Positions 1 to 12,800 of a DNA stretch of 64,000 bases are shown here, one piece after another. Origin of the DNA: Pristiophorus japonicus (Eukaryota); the NCBI RefSeq assembly GCF_044704955.1, contig NC_091992.1:37076001-37140000 (forward strand), written 5' to 3'. The stretch's first letter is position 1. Each line of letters opens with the position of its first letter. The notes beneath the pieces were generated by a model that was not told where the DNA came from, did no database searches, and saw nothing but the letters and a program-made list of their open reading frames with translations. Both the position numbers and the translations under genes were made by a program.

Positions 1-147
1 ATGCTCTTTACCGGTCCGCCATTGTTCATAGGTTTATATGTGACCTTCAGGGCTGCTGGCCGAGGGCCGTGTGGTTGTTTGTCAGCCGGCGCGGACACGA
101 TGGGCCGAAATGGCCTCCTTCTGCGCTGTAAATTTCTATGTTTTTAT
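1..147 (+). mobile_element. 3' end of a retroposon with a CR1/HER1-type tail
   Basis: Ends GATGGGCCGAAATGGCCTCCTTCTGCGCTGTAAATTTCTATG, the same tail as the CR1 copies ending at ~765 and ~22985. The upstream part differs from those copies. Confidence 0.6.
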
Positions 148-765
148 GTATAGCCACAGACTCCAGAAGGTAGCAGGACAGGTAGAAAAGGTGGTTGAGA
201 AGGCATACATGATACTTACCTTTATTAGACGAGACATAAAATATAAGAGCAGGGAGGTTATGCATGAATTGTCTAAAACACTAGCTAGGCCACAGCTAGA
301 GTACTGTGTGCAGTCCTAGTCACCACATTACAGGAAAGATTGGATAGGCTGGGTTTGTTTTCTTTGGAACAGAGGAGGCTGAAGGGAGACCTAATTGAGG
401 TGTATAAAATTATGAGGGGCCTAGATAGAGTGGATAGGAAGGACCTAGTTCCTTTAGCAGAGGGGTCAACAACCGGAGGGCATAGATTTAAAGTAAGTGG
501 TAGCAGTTTTAGAGGGGATTTGAAGAGAAATGTTTTCACCAAGTGAGTGGTCGGTTCTGGAACTCACTGCCTGAAACGGTAGTAGAGGCAGAAACCCCCC
601 TTAGCAGTTAAAAAGTACTTGGATATGCACTTGAAGTGCCGTAACCTACAAGGCTACGGACCAAGAGCTGGAAAGTGGGATTAGGCTGGATAGCTCTTTG
701 TCGGCCGGCATGGACATGATGGGCCGAATGGCCTCCTTCTGTGCTGTAAATTTCTATGATTCTAT
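148..765 (+). mobile_element. CR1 LINE 3' fragment (ORF2 C-terminus and 3' UTR), internally deleted
   Basis: Translates to ...RPQLEYCVQ and ...LFSLEQRRLKGDLIEVYKIMRGLDRVD...GHRFK; TTCTATGATTCTAT tail. Confidence 0.9.
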
Positions 766-784
766 CCTTTAAGTTGCCTTAAAA

Positions 785-1308
785 ATTTTAGACTTCCCTG
801 GAAATGCAGAGCAGAGTCTGTACTTGCAAAAGAAACACAGCACAATAAATTAAAAAAACACCTCACATATTTAAAATTAATTGAAATTAAATGTAATGAA
901 ATGTTTTGGAAAAAAAATATCTTTTGAATTTTTTTAGTGTGTTTTAATAGGGTTAAAAAATAAACTTACCTTAATGAACAGGATTTTTAATATAAAAATG
1001 AATGATTAAATTTCATTTTTCTCTGTTTTAAAAGTGTTACGCTAGTAAAAGTAAGCTATGCGCCTGCTTTTACCAGGCGTAAAAGTTTAAAGGACATTTT
1101 CTGGGCTTAAGTTGGGCAAATGGCCCAATCTCTCCCACGCGAATGTCCTTCTCCTGGGATGCGTAGAACTTTTCTAAAGACATTTTGGTAGATCGGAAAA
1201 GCCGGTTCTTGACACATGTGTATCGCACCCCGAAAACCAGCTTTTACGAGGCCTCGCTGGGTCCGTGCACACTTCGTAGGGACCTGGAGAGGTGGCAATT
1301 TTTGGCCC
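785..1308. mobile_element. Partial non-autonomous PIF/Harbinger-type MITE (family of 36723-37389 and 46470-46988)
   Basis: Terminal GCAATTTTTGGCCC; internal sequence is the reverse complement of 36723-37100 (AAACTTACCTTAATG, CCTGCTTTTACCAG). Confidence 0.7.
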
Positions 1309-1644
1309 ATCATTTGGACCGTGACTTTTACAATAAAAATACTTTGATCTGGGCTCAATGTTTCATTTCAAGGAGTCAGCAGACTTTGTAAGAATTATAA
1401 ATCCAAAAGTTTATAATGAAGCTGGCTGTCATCTCCTAAGTCGGACTGGGAACTATATAAACAAATAGCAATCTGCTGCATGTCTTTTTCAAAATATGAA
1501 GATGTCTAACAGTGGACTCACATTACAAATTTACTGTCTGTGTGAAGCAGCTTTGGCTTTGTACCCACTTTAAAATTGTGAAGTGTAAGACATGTATAAA
1601 GGCCCAAACTGACTCTAAAGTGGATTGACACTCCTTCCTCGAAG

Positions 1645-4085
1645 GCATATTCACAGAACCATACCTTTCAGCCAATGTCCCAGACTCTTCCATCACCATT
1701 CCTGGGTATGTCCTGTCCCACCGGCAGGACAGACTCACCAGGGTTGGCAGCACAGTGGTATATAGTCGGGAGGGAGTGGCCCTGGGAGTCCTCAAGATTG
1801 ACTCCAGAACCCATAAAGTCTCATGGCTTCTGGTCAAGCATGGGCAAGGAAACCTCCTACTGATTACAACCTACCACCTTCCCTCAGCTGATGAATCAGT
1901 ACTCCTCCATATTGAACATCAGTACTCCTCCATATTGAATCCTTGTGGAGATGAAGTCCCACCTTCACACTGAGGTCACCCTGCATCGTGTTGTGTGGCA
2001 CTACCACCGTGCTAAATGGGATAGATTCAGAACAGATCCAGCAGCACAAACCTGGGCATCCATGAGGTGCTGTGGGCCATCAGCAGCAGCAGAATTGTAT
2101 TCCACCACAATCTGTAACCTCATGGCCAAGCATATCCCTCACTCTACCATTACCATCAAGCCAGGGGACCAACCCTGGTTCAATGAGGAGTGCAGAAGAG
2201 CATGTCAGGAGCAGCACCAGGCGCACCTAAAAATGAGGTGCCAATTTGAGGAAGCTGCAACACAGGACTACATGCATGCTAAACAGCAGAAGCAGCATGC
2301 TATAGACAAGGCTAAGCAATCCCACAACCAACGTATCATATTAAAGCTCTGTAGTTCAGCCACATCCAGTCGTGAATGGTGGTGAACCATTAAACAACTA
2401 ACGGGAGGAGAAGGCTCCATGAATATCTCCATCCTCAATGATGGTGGAGCCAAGCACGTGACTGCAAAAGACAAGGCTGAAGCATATATAACCATCTTCA
2501 GCCGGAAGTGGCAAGTGGATGATCCATATTGGCCTCCTCCTGAGGTTCCCACCATCACAGAAGCAAGTCTTCAGCCAATTCGATTCACTCCACATGATAT
2601 CAATAAATGGCTGAGTGCACTGGATACAGTAAAGGCCATGGGCTCCGACAACATCATGGTGGTTGCGCTGAAGACTTGTTCTCCAGAAGTAGCTGCGCCT
2701 TTAGCCAAACTGTTCCAGAGCAGCTACAACACTGACATCTATCCGACAATGTGGAAAACAGCCCAGCTATGTCCTGTCCACAAAAAGCAGGACAAATCTA
2801 ATCCGTCCAATTACCGTGCCAATCATCAGTAAAGTGATGGAAGGTGTTGTCAACAGTGCTATCAAGCAGCACTTACTCACCAATAACCTGCTCACCGATG
2901 CCCAGTTTTGGTTCCGCCAGGACTACTTGGCTCCAGACCTCATTACAGCCTTGGTCCAAAGATGGACAAAAGAGTTGAATTCCAGAGGTGAGATGAGAGT
3001 GACTGCCCTTGACATCAGAGACTGACATCAAGGAGCCCTAGTAAAACTGGTCAATGGAAATCGAGGAAAATTCTCCACCGCTGGAGTCATACCTTACAGA
3101 AAGGAAGATGGTTTTGGTGGTTGGAGGTCAATCATCACAGCATTAGGACATCAATGCAGGAGTTCCTCAGGGCAGTGTCTTAGGTCCAACCATCTTCAGC
3201 TGTTTCATCAATGACCTTCCCTCCATCACAAGGTCAGAAGTGGGGATGTTCGTTGATGATTGCACAGTGTTCAGCAACATTCGCAACTCCTCAGATAATG
3301 GAGCAGTCCGCGCCTGCATGCAGCAAGACCTGGACGACATTCAGGAATGGGCTAATAAGTGGCAAGCAACATTCGCGCCACACAAGTGCCAGGCAATAAC
3401 TATCTCCAACAAGCGAGAGTCTAACCACCGTCCCTTGACATTCAACGGCATTACCGTCGCCGAATCCCCTACCATCAACATCCTGGGGATTACCATTGAC
3501 CAGAAACTTAACTAGACCAGCCACATAAATACTGTGGCAACAAAAGCAGGTCAGAGGCTGGGTATTCTGTGGCGAGTGTCTCACCTCCTGACTCCCCAAA
3601 GCCTTTCCACCATCTACAAGGCACAAGTCAGGAGTGTGATAGAATACTCTCCAAGCAGCCCACTTAACTGTCATCCTATCCACTACCTTAAACAGTCACT
3701 CCCTCCTTCACTGACATACCATGGCTGCAGTGTGTACCATCTATAGAGGTACGGCAGCAACTCGCCAAGGCTTCTTCGGCAGCACCTCCCAAACCCGCGA
3801 CCTCTACCACCTAGAAGGACAAGGGCAGCAAGCGCATGGGAACACCAGCACCTCCAAGTTCCCCTCCAAGTCACACACTAGCCTGACTTGGAAATATATC
3901 GCCATTCCTTCATCGTCGCTGGGTCAAAATGCTGGAACTCCCTCCCTAACAGCACTGTGGGAGTACCTTCACCACGTGGACTGCAGTAGTTCAAGAAGGT
4001 GGCTCACCACTCAAGGGCAATTAGGGATGTGCAATAAATGCTGGCCTTGCCAGCGATGCCCACATCCCATGAACAAAAAAAAATT
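1645..4085 (+). mobile_element. CR1/L2-group LINE, 5'-truncated; decayed ORF2 (APE endonuclease and RT)
   Basis: Fragments IPGYVLSHRQDR, PWFNEECRRAC, KAMGSDNI, WKTAQLCPVHKK, GVPQGSVLGP, MFVDDCTVF; 3' AATAAA plus A-rich tail; many frameshifts. Confidence 0.9.
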
Positions 4086-5117
4086 AAAATATTTTTTTTA
4101 AAAAACTCCATTTTGTTCTGGTGATAGCCGCGTTTACACTATAACTGCAAACACTACAGTTGCAGTAAATGCACCGTTGCTGAGAGTGATTTAGAACATG
4201 TTCAAGTGTCTCCCCAATTATTCGGCTGATAACTTCACATTAATGTGTGACACTAAGCCATACAGAAGTGAAGATGTCATATTTATTCCTTGGCTATGTT
4301 GAATTACCTGATGAGGGATTTCGCGGTAGATGAGCTGAGCTGGGGCAATGTTACAGAGGCGGTAGGTGATCTCTATGACAAAGATGATAAGAGATTGTAC
4401 ATCAGATCGGGGTTGAATATTACGCAAAGACTGCAAAAGTTCTGTTACAGCCTCAACAGTTGAATGGGAATGGATTGGCAAAACTCAGTGGACACTTGAG
4501 TGGTAGCAAGTACCTGCACTCCAAAACTGACCAGTGGAAGAATTAAATTAACTTGCTTTGTCCCATTTTGGGCCTAACAAAAAGTAAACAATAACGTGGG
4601 AAGAAAGAACAGTTGAACCTATGAAGTAAGCCATCCTAATGTTCCTTTTTGATTCAGAAATCTCACATTATGTATGGAAATCTGTCTCTTCAAGCCTCAG
4701 GCAGTTACTGTATATACACCAGTACCGATTTCTCTCAGTTATGATCAAGGATTTTGGTGAGGACGATGACGCAGATTATGTTTCCACTGACCTTTCAAAT
4801 GCGAAAAAGCAAATGTCGATGATTTCTGCTGAGATATATAAAATATATAAAGGTCTGCATGCATCTCTGTCTGGTGAGAGCAAGATAATGAATAATAATT
4901 TATTAAATTATATTTTGAAGGTGCCCTTCACACGGAAGTGCTCCAATACAGACTGCGGAAGAATTAAATTTACTTTTTTCTATTTTTAAAAGATGTCCTC
5001 CCTCCTGTGACAGAGAAATGCGGCAGTGTCCTGTTGCCTGGCCCTAGGAGTACTGTCCTGTAACCAGAAGCCCTGTAGGACAGTGTGGTTGACTAACTTG
5101 AGTTGACTCTCCTTTCT

Positions 5118-5365
5118 GACATCCTTGGCTCAGTGCGAGCACTCTTGCCTCTAAATCAGAAGGTCATGGGTTCAATCGCCACTCCAGAGACTTAATCTCA
5201 GCTGGCACGCCAGTGGAGTAGTGAGGGAGTGCTGCACTGTCAGAGGTACCATCTTTCGAATGAAAGATTAAACTGAGGCCCCGCGATGAGCATAAAAGAT
5301 TCCATTGCACTATTTGAAGAAGAGTTGGGGAATTTTCCTAGGATCCTGTCCAAAATGTATCCAAT
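5118..5365 (+). mobile_element. tRNA-headed DeuSINE/SacSINE1-like SINE, 5' part
   Basis: TGGCTCAGTG...GGTTCAATCGCC box A/B head; GAGGGAGTGCTGCACTGTCAGAGG core shared with the copies at 7598, 48990 and 60826. Confidence 0.75.
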
Positions 5366-6100
5366 TCTCTTTTGAAAGTTATTATTGAATCTGCTTCCTC
5401 TACCCTTTCAGGAAGTGCATTCCAGATCATAACAATTCACTGCATAAATGATTTTTCCACATGTCGCCTTTGGTCATCTGCCCTAATATCTCCTTATGTG
5501 GCTCGGTGACAAATGTTGTTTGATAACACACCTTGGGACATTTTACTAAGTTAAAGGCACTAGATAAATGCAAATTGTTGTTGTGGTTGGCACCATTCTA
5601 GTAAATTTCCTTTGCACCCTCTCTAAGGCCTTGACATCCTTCCTAAATTGTGGCGCCCAGAATTGGCCACAATACTCCAGCTGGGATCTAACCACTGTTT
5701 GATAAAGGTTTAGCATAACTTCCTTGCTTTTGTACTCTATGCCCATATTTATAAAGTCAAGGATCCCTTATGCCTTTTTAATAACTTTCTCAACTTGTCC
5801 TGCCACCTTCAGAAGGCTGTGTATGCACACCCCTAGTTCTCTCTGTTCCTGCACCCCCTTTAAAATTATATCCTTTAGTTTATATTGCTTTTCCTCATTC
5901 TTCCTCCCAAAATGAATCTCTTCACACTTCTCTGCTTTAAATTTCACTGCCATGTTTCTGAACTTTTCACCAGTCTGTTGATGTCCTCCTGAAGGCAGTT
6001 ATTATCCTCTTCACTGTTTACTACATTTCTGAGTATTGTGGCATCTACAAACTTTGAAATTATACGCTGTATGCCCAAGTCTAGGTCATTAATATATCAA
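5365..6100 (-). mobile_element. CR1 fragments (minus), with an L2 3' tail (plus, ~5470-5590) between them
   Basis: Minus ORFs KCEEIHFGRKNEE...ELGVCIH and IEYKSKEVMLNLY...QLEYCGQFWAP; L2 tail ...ATAAATGCAAATTGTTGTTG. Confidence 0.8.
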
Positions 6101-6109
6101 TCAAGATCT

Positions 6110-6545
6110 TTTGGAAGTCTTTTTTAAACTTTATTCCCTTCCAATTTTCTTCCCTCACTTTTGCTCAAGACATTGACCCATGGTCACTTACAGCCGCCTT
6201 GTATCTTGCACAAGTGACTATTCTTTAAGTATGAGCCTGGAAAGTCATCAGCAGGTAATTTGACAATGAAGGCATCACAGCAGGTCCTGATTGCATTGTC
6301 CCCCTCCCCCCCCCCCCCATCGTCAACATGCGACGTTCCAGCAGGATTAATTGACTAGTGATCAGAAGCGGGAATCCTGGCTTTACTATGTCCTGCCCCC
6401 ACCCCATACCATTCAGGGACACTGAGGGGCCTGTAGCACCTCTATCGCCGCTCTGTCTGGAATGAGCAAACACAGCCCTACAAAACCAAACCTGGGGAAT
6501 ATCTGGTCAATTTGGCTTAGATTTGAGCTAGACAGTGCACCTATC
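6110..6545 (-). mobile_element. Old, unclassified SINE-like repeat (related pieces at ~7370-7590 and ~15400-15660)
   Basis: Shared motifs (GCATCACA, TTCCAGCA..G, ACT.GTGATCAG.AG) recur in diverged form; family not identified. Confidence 0.4.
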
Positions 6546-7597
6546 AACTGAGACCTTCCTCCAAAGAGCTATGGTGAACATTGAAAATTCGCTGGGTGTC
6601 ACACTCAAAGTTGGCAGGCGCGCAAAATGGACAGCAGCACATCGGCAGCCTGTTGTGTACCCACCTGAATTTCCTTTCCATTGAAGTCACTAACACAGGA
6701 AATTGAGCAGGCCACCCAACCGTTGAGTGCATCACGGCAACCCCCAGTTCAGATTTCACTCAGCATTTGCACATATGCACTTTCCGCCAGAGGTTAGTGG
6801 CTAGCAATCAGAAGTGGGAACTCTGCTTGCTATTTCTCCTCCCCAGCCCAGGAATGCTGAGGTTGCATTGTGCCGCATACCTGACCTATCGGAGAGCAGC
6901 TCACTCAGTGCAGACCTGCGATTTGAGCCTCAAACCTTCTTGCGCCAAATGGCTCAGTACGAAAGATCCACTAAACACCAATTTAATCCAAACTTGAAAA
7001 AAAAATCTTTATTACGTCTGCATGTCTTGCTGAATTACCCATATAGTTAATATAACAGTTTACTGACTACAATTAACCATGTGGAAAGCACTCTAGCGCT
7101 GAGAAAATAACAGTGATTAATATTGTATGTTTTTTTTGACAATGTGAGAACATTGAGCACTAATTTGTGCATAATAAATATTTAAAATATTTAATTTTCA
7201 GCAAAAATTTTAGCTGTCCTCAATATAAAGTTTATGTGAAACATAAGAGGTGGGAACTGAAATTTATGGCTACTTCAAATTGTAAATCTGACCTAAAAAC
7301 ATAAATCATAAACCAGCAGTCCTAATAATAGAGAAATATGCTGCACTGAAGCGCATTTCTCATTGTTTCCAGCCTCCATTTCTCTCCTCATCGTTTGAAG
7401 ATGTTGGCTAATGCTTCGTTAAGATCTGGCAGTCACATTCAGTCCTCAGGTAACTCAGCTAAATGATTGTGCTTCCAGTTTAAGCCTGGAAGCAAGTGCT
7501 GGAAGATGATTTGACTGTGCAGAGCATCACAACTCAACACCACCCCGATCGCAACTGAAGTCCATATGTGCATACTTGCATTCACTGTGACCAAAGG

Positions 7598-8050
7598 GTG
7601 TCAGCCTTGCCTCAGTTGGTCGCACTCTCGCGTCTGGGTCAGAAGGTTGTGGGTTAAAATCCCACTCCACAGACTTGAGCCTATAGACGAGAGACTAGGC
7701 TGACACTTCCATGCAGTACTGAGGGAGTGCCACATTGTCGGTGGTGCTGTATTTCAGATGCAATATGAAACCGAGGCCCCATCGGGTGGATATAAAAGAT
7801 CCCATGGTACTATTCATAGAAGAGCAGGGGAGCTCTGCCCTGGTGTCCTGGCTAATATTTATCCCTCAACCAGCATCACTAAAAAAAAGATTATCTGGTC
7901 ATTTATCTCATTGTTGTTCATGGGGCCTTGCGGTGAGCAAATTGGCTGCCACGTTTCCTTACATTACAACAGTGACTACACGTCTAAATTACTTAATTGG
8001 CTGTAAAGTGCTTTTGGACATACTGAGGTCATGAAACACGCTATATAATT
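7598..8050 (+). mobile_element. Full-length DeuSINE/SacSINE1-like SINE
   Basis: tRNA-like head, Deu-type core (AAAAGATCCCATGG...AAATTGGCTGCC...CCTTACATTACAACAGTGACTACA), L2-like tail CGCTATATAA. Confidence 0.85.
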
Positions 8051-8599
8051 TACTCTTTTCTGCAGAACCTCTAGAGTTAATAGTCACGTATGTTTTAGTA
8101 TTCTAGAGCCAAATTTCAGAAAGTAAAACTCTACAACAATGACCGAAGAAGGAGCAAGCTTGGGGGAACGGCTGGACTGGCTCTAATGAAAGGAACAGGA
8201 TTCTTCAAAAATCTCACAGAAAAATGGGGTGCATCGATAATACAGCGCTATGAAACCAGTCACTGTGGCAATCAGTAAATCTGCCAATATGGCCAGTCTG
8301 CACTTGCTTTGAGGGGGGGATGGGTGGGGCCACAGCAAAGAGGTTGAGAAGGGACCATCTCCTAGGAACCGAGGCACAGCATTACAGAGGGGAAGTGGCT
8401 GTGGCATTTAGTGCTAGCTCCACTTACTGCCACACAGTATCGGCAATGGTTTGGCCATGGCAATGTTAAAACCTCAATATTCACCAGTAACCTCAGGTCC
8501 CACTCACACACCCCTTTCAAACCATACCATAGAGCATTCTTTCAGTGCCTGGCACAAGGAAGGTAGTGTGAGTATCAAAGGAGAAGCGATTAAAGCTAG

Positions 8600-8830
8600 C
8601 CTTCATGTCAAAGCATGAGGCTCTACACTCTGGAATTCCCTTCCCAAACCTCTCTGCCTCTCTACCTCTCCTCCTTTGATACGCATCTTAAAACCTACAT
8701 CTTGACCAAGGTTTTGGTTACCTGAACTAATATGTGGCTCGGTGTCAAATTTTGTTTGATAATCGTTCCTGTGAACGCTTTGGGGCATTTTACTACGTCA
8801 AAAGCGCTATATAAATGCAAGTTGTTGTTT
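8600..8830 (+). mobile_element. L2 LINE 3' tail
   Basis: CTCTGGAATTCCCT...CTTAAAACCTAC...GCGCTATATAAATGCAAGTTGTTG, matching the end of the L2 at 30625-31770. Confidence 0.8.
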
Positions 8831-9089
8831 TTGCATACAGACTCCACAAAGGGGCTGTCAGGGTACGTAGTTGCCAATCCCCAGTGAAGTATCTCATTGC
8901 AAAGGAAAAGATATCCCACAGCTCTGTGGAGGGCCAGTGGTAGGTGATTTCCTATAGCAGCTTTTGTCAGCATCTTTTTTGTGCTTCTAGAATTAGATAC
9001 TTGGAAGAGACTTTCCCAGGTGTCCAATGACTTCAGGGCAGCTTCCTCAGCACAAGTGCCAGAAGAGTAGCCCCAACCAATTCCCTGCC

Positions 9090-9642
9090 ACCAAAAGGAC
9101 CAAGGCGCACCATTTTCCCAATGCTGACTGAGAGGTTTTGAAGGAGCAGGTGAGAATGCACAGCAAAAGATTCCTAGGGATGCATGGGAAGAAATTAATC
9201 AAAGAGGTAGCCAGAGCCATGTGGAGTGAGTTGGCAGTGTCGCATTTCACACACCCAGGATGACAGACAAGAGCAGGAAAGATTCAATGACCTGATGAGG
9301 GAAGGGACCATAAGAGATCTGGCACCTATGCACTTTGGTACCATGTTAGCAGTTTTCTGGATGGCCAGAAGATCAGTGATTTTTATAGCAGCTTCACCGC
9401 TCGCTCTGACTTTCTAAAATAGACTGAAAACTCAGTATGCACAGCGTACAGTAGTTCAAAGGCTCTCTAATCGTTTTACCTGGAACCTGTGTTTGGAGCT
9501 CCCTTCATAAGCTTTTCTTACATATCAGCACTTAAAACTCCAACCTTTCACTTCACAGGGTCCTTCTAGCACTCAGCCCTCCTTCAAATGTTTTCCGTCA
9601 CCTAACAATATTGCTCTGGTTGCAGGAGAAAATAGCAGCCAA
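9090..9642 (+). pseudogene. PIF/Harbinger Myb/SANT (ORF2) remnant with apparent intron and start of exon 2
   Basis: KRTKAHHFPNAD*EVLKEQVR...ARAMWSELAV...RKRFNDLMR (with frameshifts), then an acceptor TTGCAG/GAGAAAATAGCAGCCAAT (EKIAAN) at ~9625. Confidence 0.6.
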
Positions 9643-9829
9643 TGGGGGAGAAATTTGACTTGCAGCCAAGATAGGTGTGGCGTGAGCAGAGTAACTGTAC
9701 CGTGCACCATGTTCAAGCCAAATTTGGCTTCGGGCCTCATTTAAATGCTGCTGATGAGCTACGGGCGCCAAATGAGGAGGGCAAAAAAAGTGCCCGGTTT
9801 GTACATGGAAACTCACGCTGTTAAGCTGC

Positions 9830-12800
9830 ATCTTTTAGTGGGGGATGGGAGTCATACAGTGACCATAACATGGTTGACTTTCAAAGTCAGTTGGAGGGTG
9901 AGAAAGTTGGATCTCAAACCAGTGTCCCAAGCTTAAATAAAGGAGACTACAAAGGTATGAAGGCAGAGTTGGCTAAAGTGGACTGGGAAAATAGATTAAA
10001 GTATGAGACAGTTGATGAGCAGTGGCAGACATTTAAGGAGATATTTCATTACTCACAACAAAAATATATCCCAATGAGAAGGAAAGACTGTAAGGGAAGG
10101 GATAACCATCCGTAGCTAACCAAGGAAATAAGGGATGGTATCAAATTGAAAACAAGGGCATATAATGTGGCCAAGACTAGTCATCATAGGCAGTCCCTCA
10201 AAATCGAGGAAGACTTGCTTCCACTCTAAAAGTGAGTTCTCAGGTGACTGAACAGTCCAATACCGGAATTACAGTCTCTGTCACAGGTGGGACAGACAAT
10301 CGTTGAAGGAAAGGGTGGGTTGGAAGACTGGTTTGCCTGTGCTTGATTTCTGCATGCTCTCGGCGATGAGACTTGAGGTGCTCAGTGCCCTCCCGGATGC
10401 TCTTCCTCCACTTAGGGCGGTCTTCGGCCAGGGATTCCCAGATGTCGGTGGGGATGTTGCACTTTATCAAGGAGGCTTTGAGGGTGTCCTTGAAATATTT
10501 CCTCTGCCCACCTGGGTCTCGCTTGCCATGTAGGAGTTCTGAGTAGAGCACTTGCTTTGGAAGTCTTATGTCAGGCATGCGAACCATGTAGCCCGCTCAA
10601 CGGAGCTGGTTGAGTGTGGTCAGTGCTTCGATGCTGGGGATGTTGGCCTGATCGAGTATACTAACGTTGGTGCGTCTGTCCTCTCAGGGGATTTGCAGGA
10701 TCTTGCGGAGACATCGTTGGTGGTATTTCTCCAGCGATTTGAGGTGTCTACTGTATATGCTCCACATCTCTGAACCATATAGGAGGGCGGGTATCACTAC
10801 AGCCCTGTAGACCATGAGCTTGGTGCCAGATTTAAGGGCCTGATCTTCGAACACTCTCTTCCTCAGGCGGCCGAAGGCTGCGCTGGCACACTGGAGGCAG
10901 TGTTGAACCTCGTTGTCAATGTCTGCCCTTGCTGATAATAGGCTCCCAAAGTATGGAAAGTGGTCCACGTTGTCCAGGGCTGCGCCATCGATCTTGATGT
11001 CTGGCGGGCAGTGCTGTGTGGCGGGGTCAGGTTGGTGGAGGACCACCATCACCGCAAAACCCCAGCCCTGCACGAAGTAGAAAAAGCCATCCATCAACTC
11101 AAGAACAACAAGGCATCAGGAGCGGATAGAATCCCCGCTGAGACACTAAAGTATGGCGAGAGGCATTATTGGCATGAATGTCTCTCCACCATACTTTAGT
11201 GCCTCAGCAGGGATTCCATCCGCTCCAAATGCCTTGTTATACTGCCGGTTGGCCTTTTCTACCTTGTGCAGGGCAGGGGTTTTCTGAGATGGTGGCGGGT
11301 AGCATGCTGCGGGATGGAGTTGAGGACACTTGAGTCAAAGGCAGAATCTCGGTTAAGGAGATCTTCGAAGTGCTCCTTCCAGTGGGTCCTGACTGCCTCG
11401 ATGTCCTTGATGAGCGTCTCTCAGTTCTTGGCCAGCAGTGGGGTGGGGCCTTGGGTGCTTGGGCCGTAGGTGATCTTAACTGCAGTGAAGAATCCTCGCA
11501 CATCATGGCTGTCGGCCAGCTGCTGAATCTCCTGTGCATTCTTCACCCACCATCTATTCTTTCGGTCACGGGTTTTATGTTGGACCTCGGCCTTAAGCCG
11601 TCTGTAAAGCTGCTTTGCTGCTTCCGAGTTGGGTTGTTGTTTTAGGTTCAGAAATGCCCTGCGCTTGTGATTTATTAGCTCTTGGATCTCCTGGTCATTC
11701 TTATCAAACCAGTCCTGATTGAGTGACCGAGCGTCTCTTCGCAGGCACTGGTTATGGTGGCTTGGAGGGCAAAGCGCTGTGGGCATTCTGCGTCACGGGG
11801 TCATCAAGGGTCATCAGGTTAGCAGTGAGGCGCTAGCTGTATAGGGCTCTCTTAGTTGGGTCTTTGAGTGACCCGCCGTTCACTTTTTTGCGGCACTGCT
11901 TCTGCTGCCGTCACCGCTTTGGGGCTATGTTGATGTCAATGATGCAACGGATTAGGCAATGGTCCGTCCAGCAGTCGTCAGCTCCTGTCATGGCGTGGGT
12001 GATGCGCATAGCCTTGCAATCCCTGGTTCGAACAATGACACTGTCGAGCAGGTGCCAGTGTTTGGAGCGAGGGTGTTGCCACGATGCCTTGTACTTGTCT
12101 CTCTGGCGGAACAAGGTGGTGGTGATGACAAGGTCATGTTCTAGGCATTTTGTCAGGAGCAGGGTACCGCTGGAGTTGGTTTTCCCTACCCTCTCTCTGC
12201 CGATCACGGCTCCCCAGAGGTCTGTGTCCTTACCGACCCTGGCGTTGAAGTCGCCGAGGAGGATCGGTTTGTCGTCCGTAGGGACGCGGGACAGGGATTG
12301 TTTGAGGCTGGAGTAAAAGCCCTCTTTGGTCTCATCTGTTGCGTCGAGTGTTGGGGCGTACGCACTGATAACTGTGGCGCACTGGTTCCGGGATAGGGTG
12401 AGTTGAAGAGTCATGAGACGTTCGCTAATCCTGCAGGGGGAAGTCTCTGAGGCGGTTTACTGCTCATTCTTGATGGCGAAACAACTCCGTGGAGGTGGCG
12501 TTCTTCTTCTGGTTTGCCTTTCCAGAAGAAAGCGCAACCTCCGCCTTGTTCCCTGAGCTGGCCTTCCCCTGCCCGCCGGGTCTCACTTAGGACGGCGATG
12601 TCGACATCGAAGCCTCTAAGTTCACGGGCAACTATGGCGGTGCATCATTCCAGTCTATCGCTGTTGGAGTTGTCCTTGAGGGTCCTGACGTTCCAGGTCC
12701 CGAACTTCATTTTGAGGGGTGGAAGATGCCGTTGTGTGAGTTCTTTTAACGTGGGGTGGCCGTTGCATACCGGCTACCACACGGGCTTGGCAGAGCAAGA

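Noticed and set aside
1895-1940. 23-bp tandem duplication in the LINE endonuclease
   Set aside because: An ordinary repair scar at an internal deletion, with only two units; not an array.
4129-4172. Short imperfect hairpin (a similar one at ~53341-53382)
   Set aside because: The stems are short enough to arise by chance.
4720-4820. Possible minus-strand acceptor (TTGCTTTTTCGCATTTGAAAG) and a 116-aa plus-strand ORF
   Set aside because: All frames stop within 60 nt of the acceptor, and neither translation is recognisable.
7598-7680. tRNA-like box A/box B sequences (also 5125, 49360, 60830)
   Set aside because: These are SINE heads followed by the SINE body, not cloverleaf tRNA genes.
8230-8450. 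Faint minus-strand Harbinger transposase-like words (VAVK..ALN, IDCT)
   Set aside because: They need several frameshifts and are too weak to call without an alignment.
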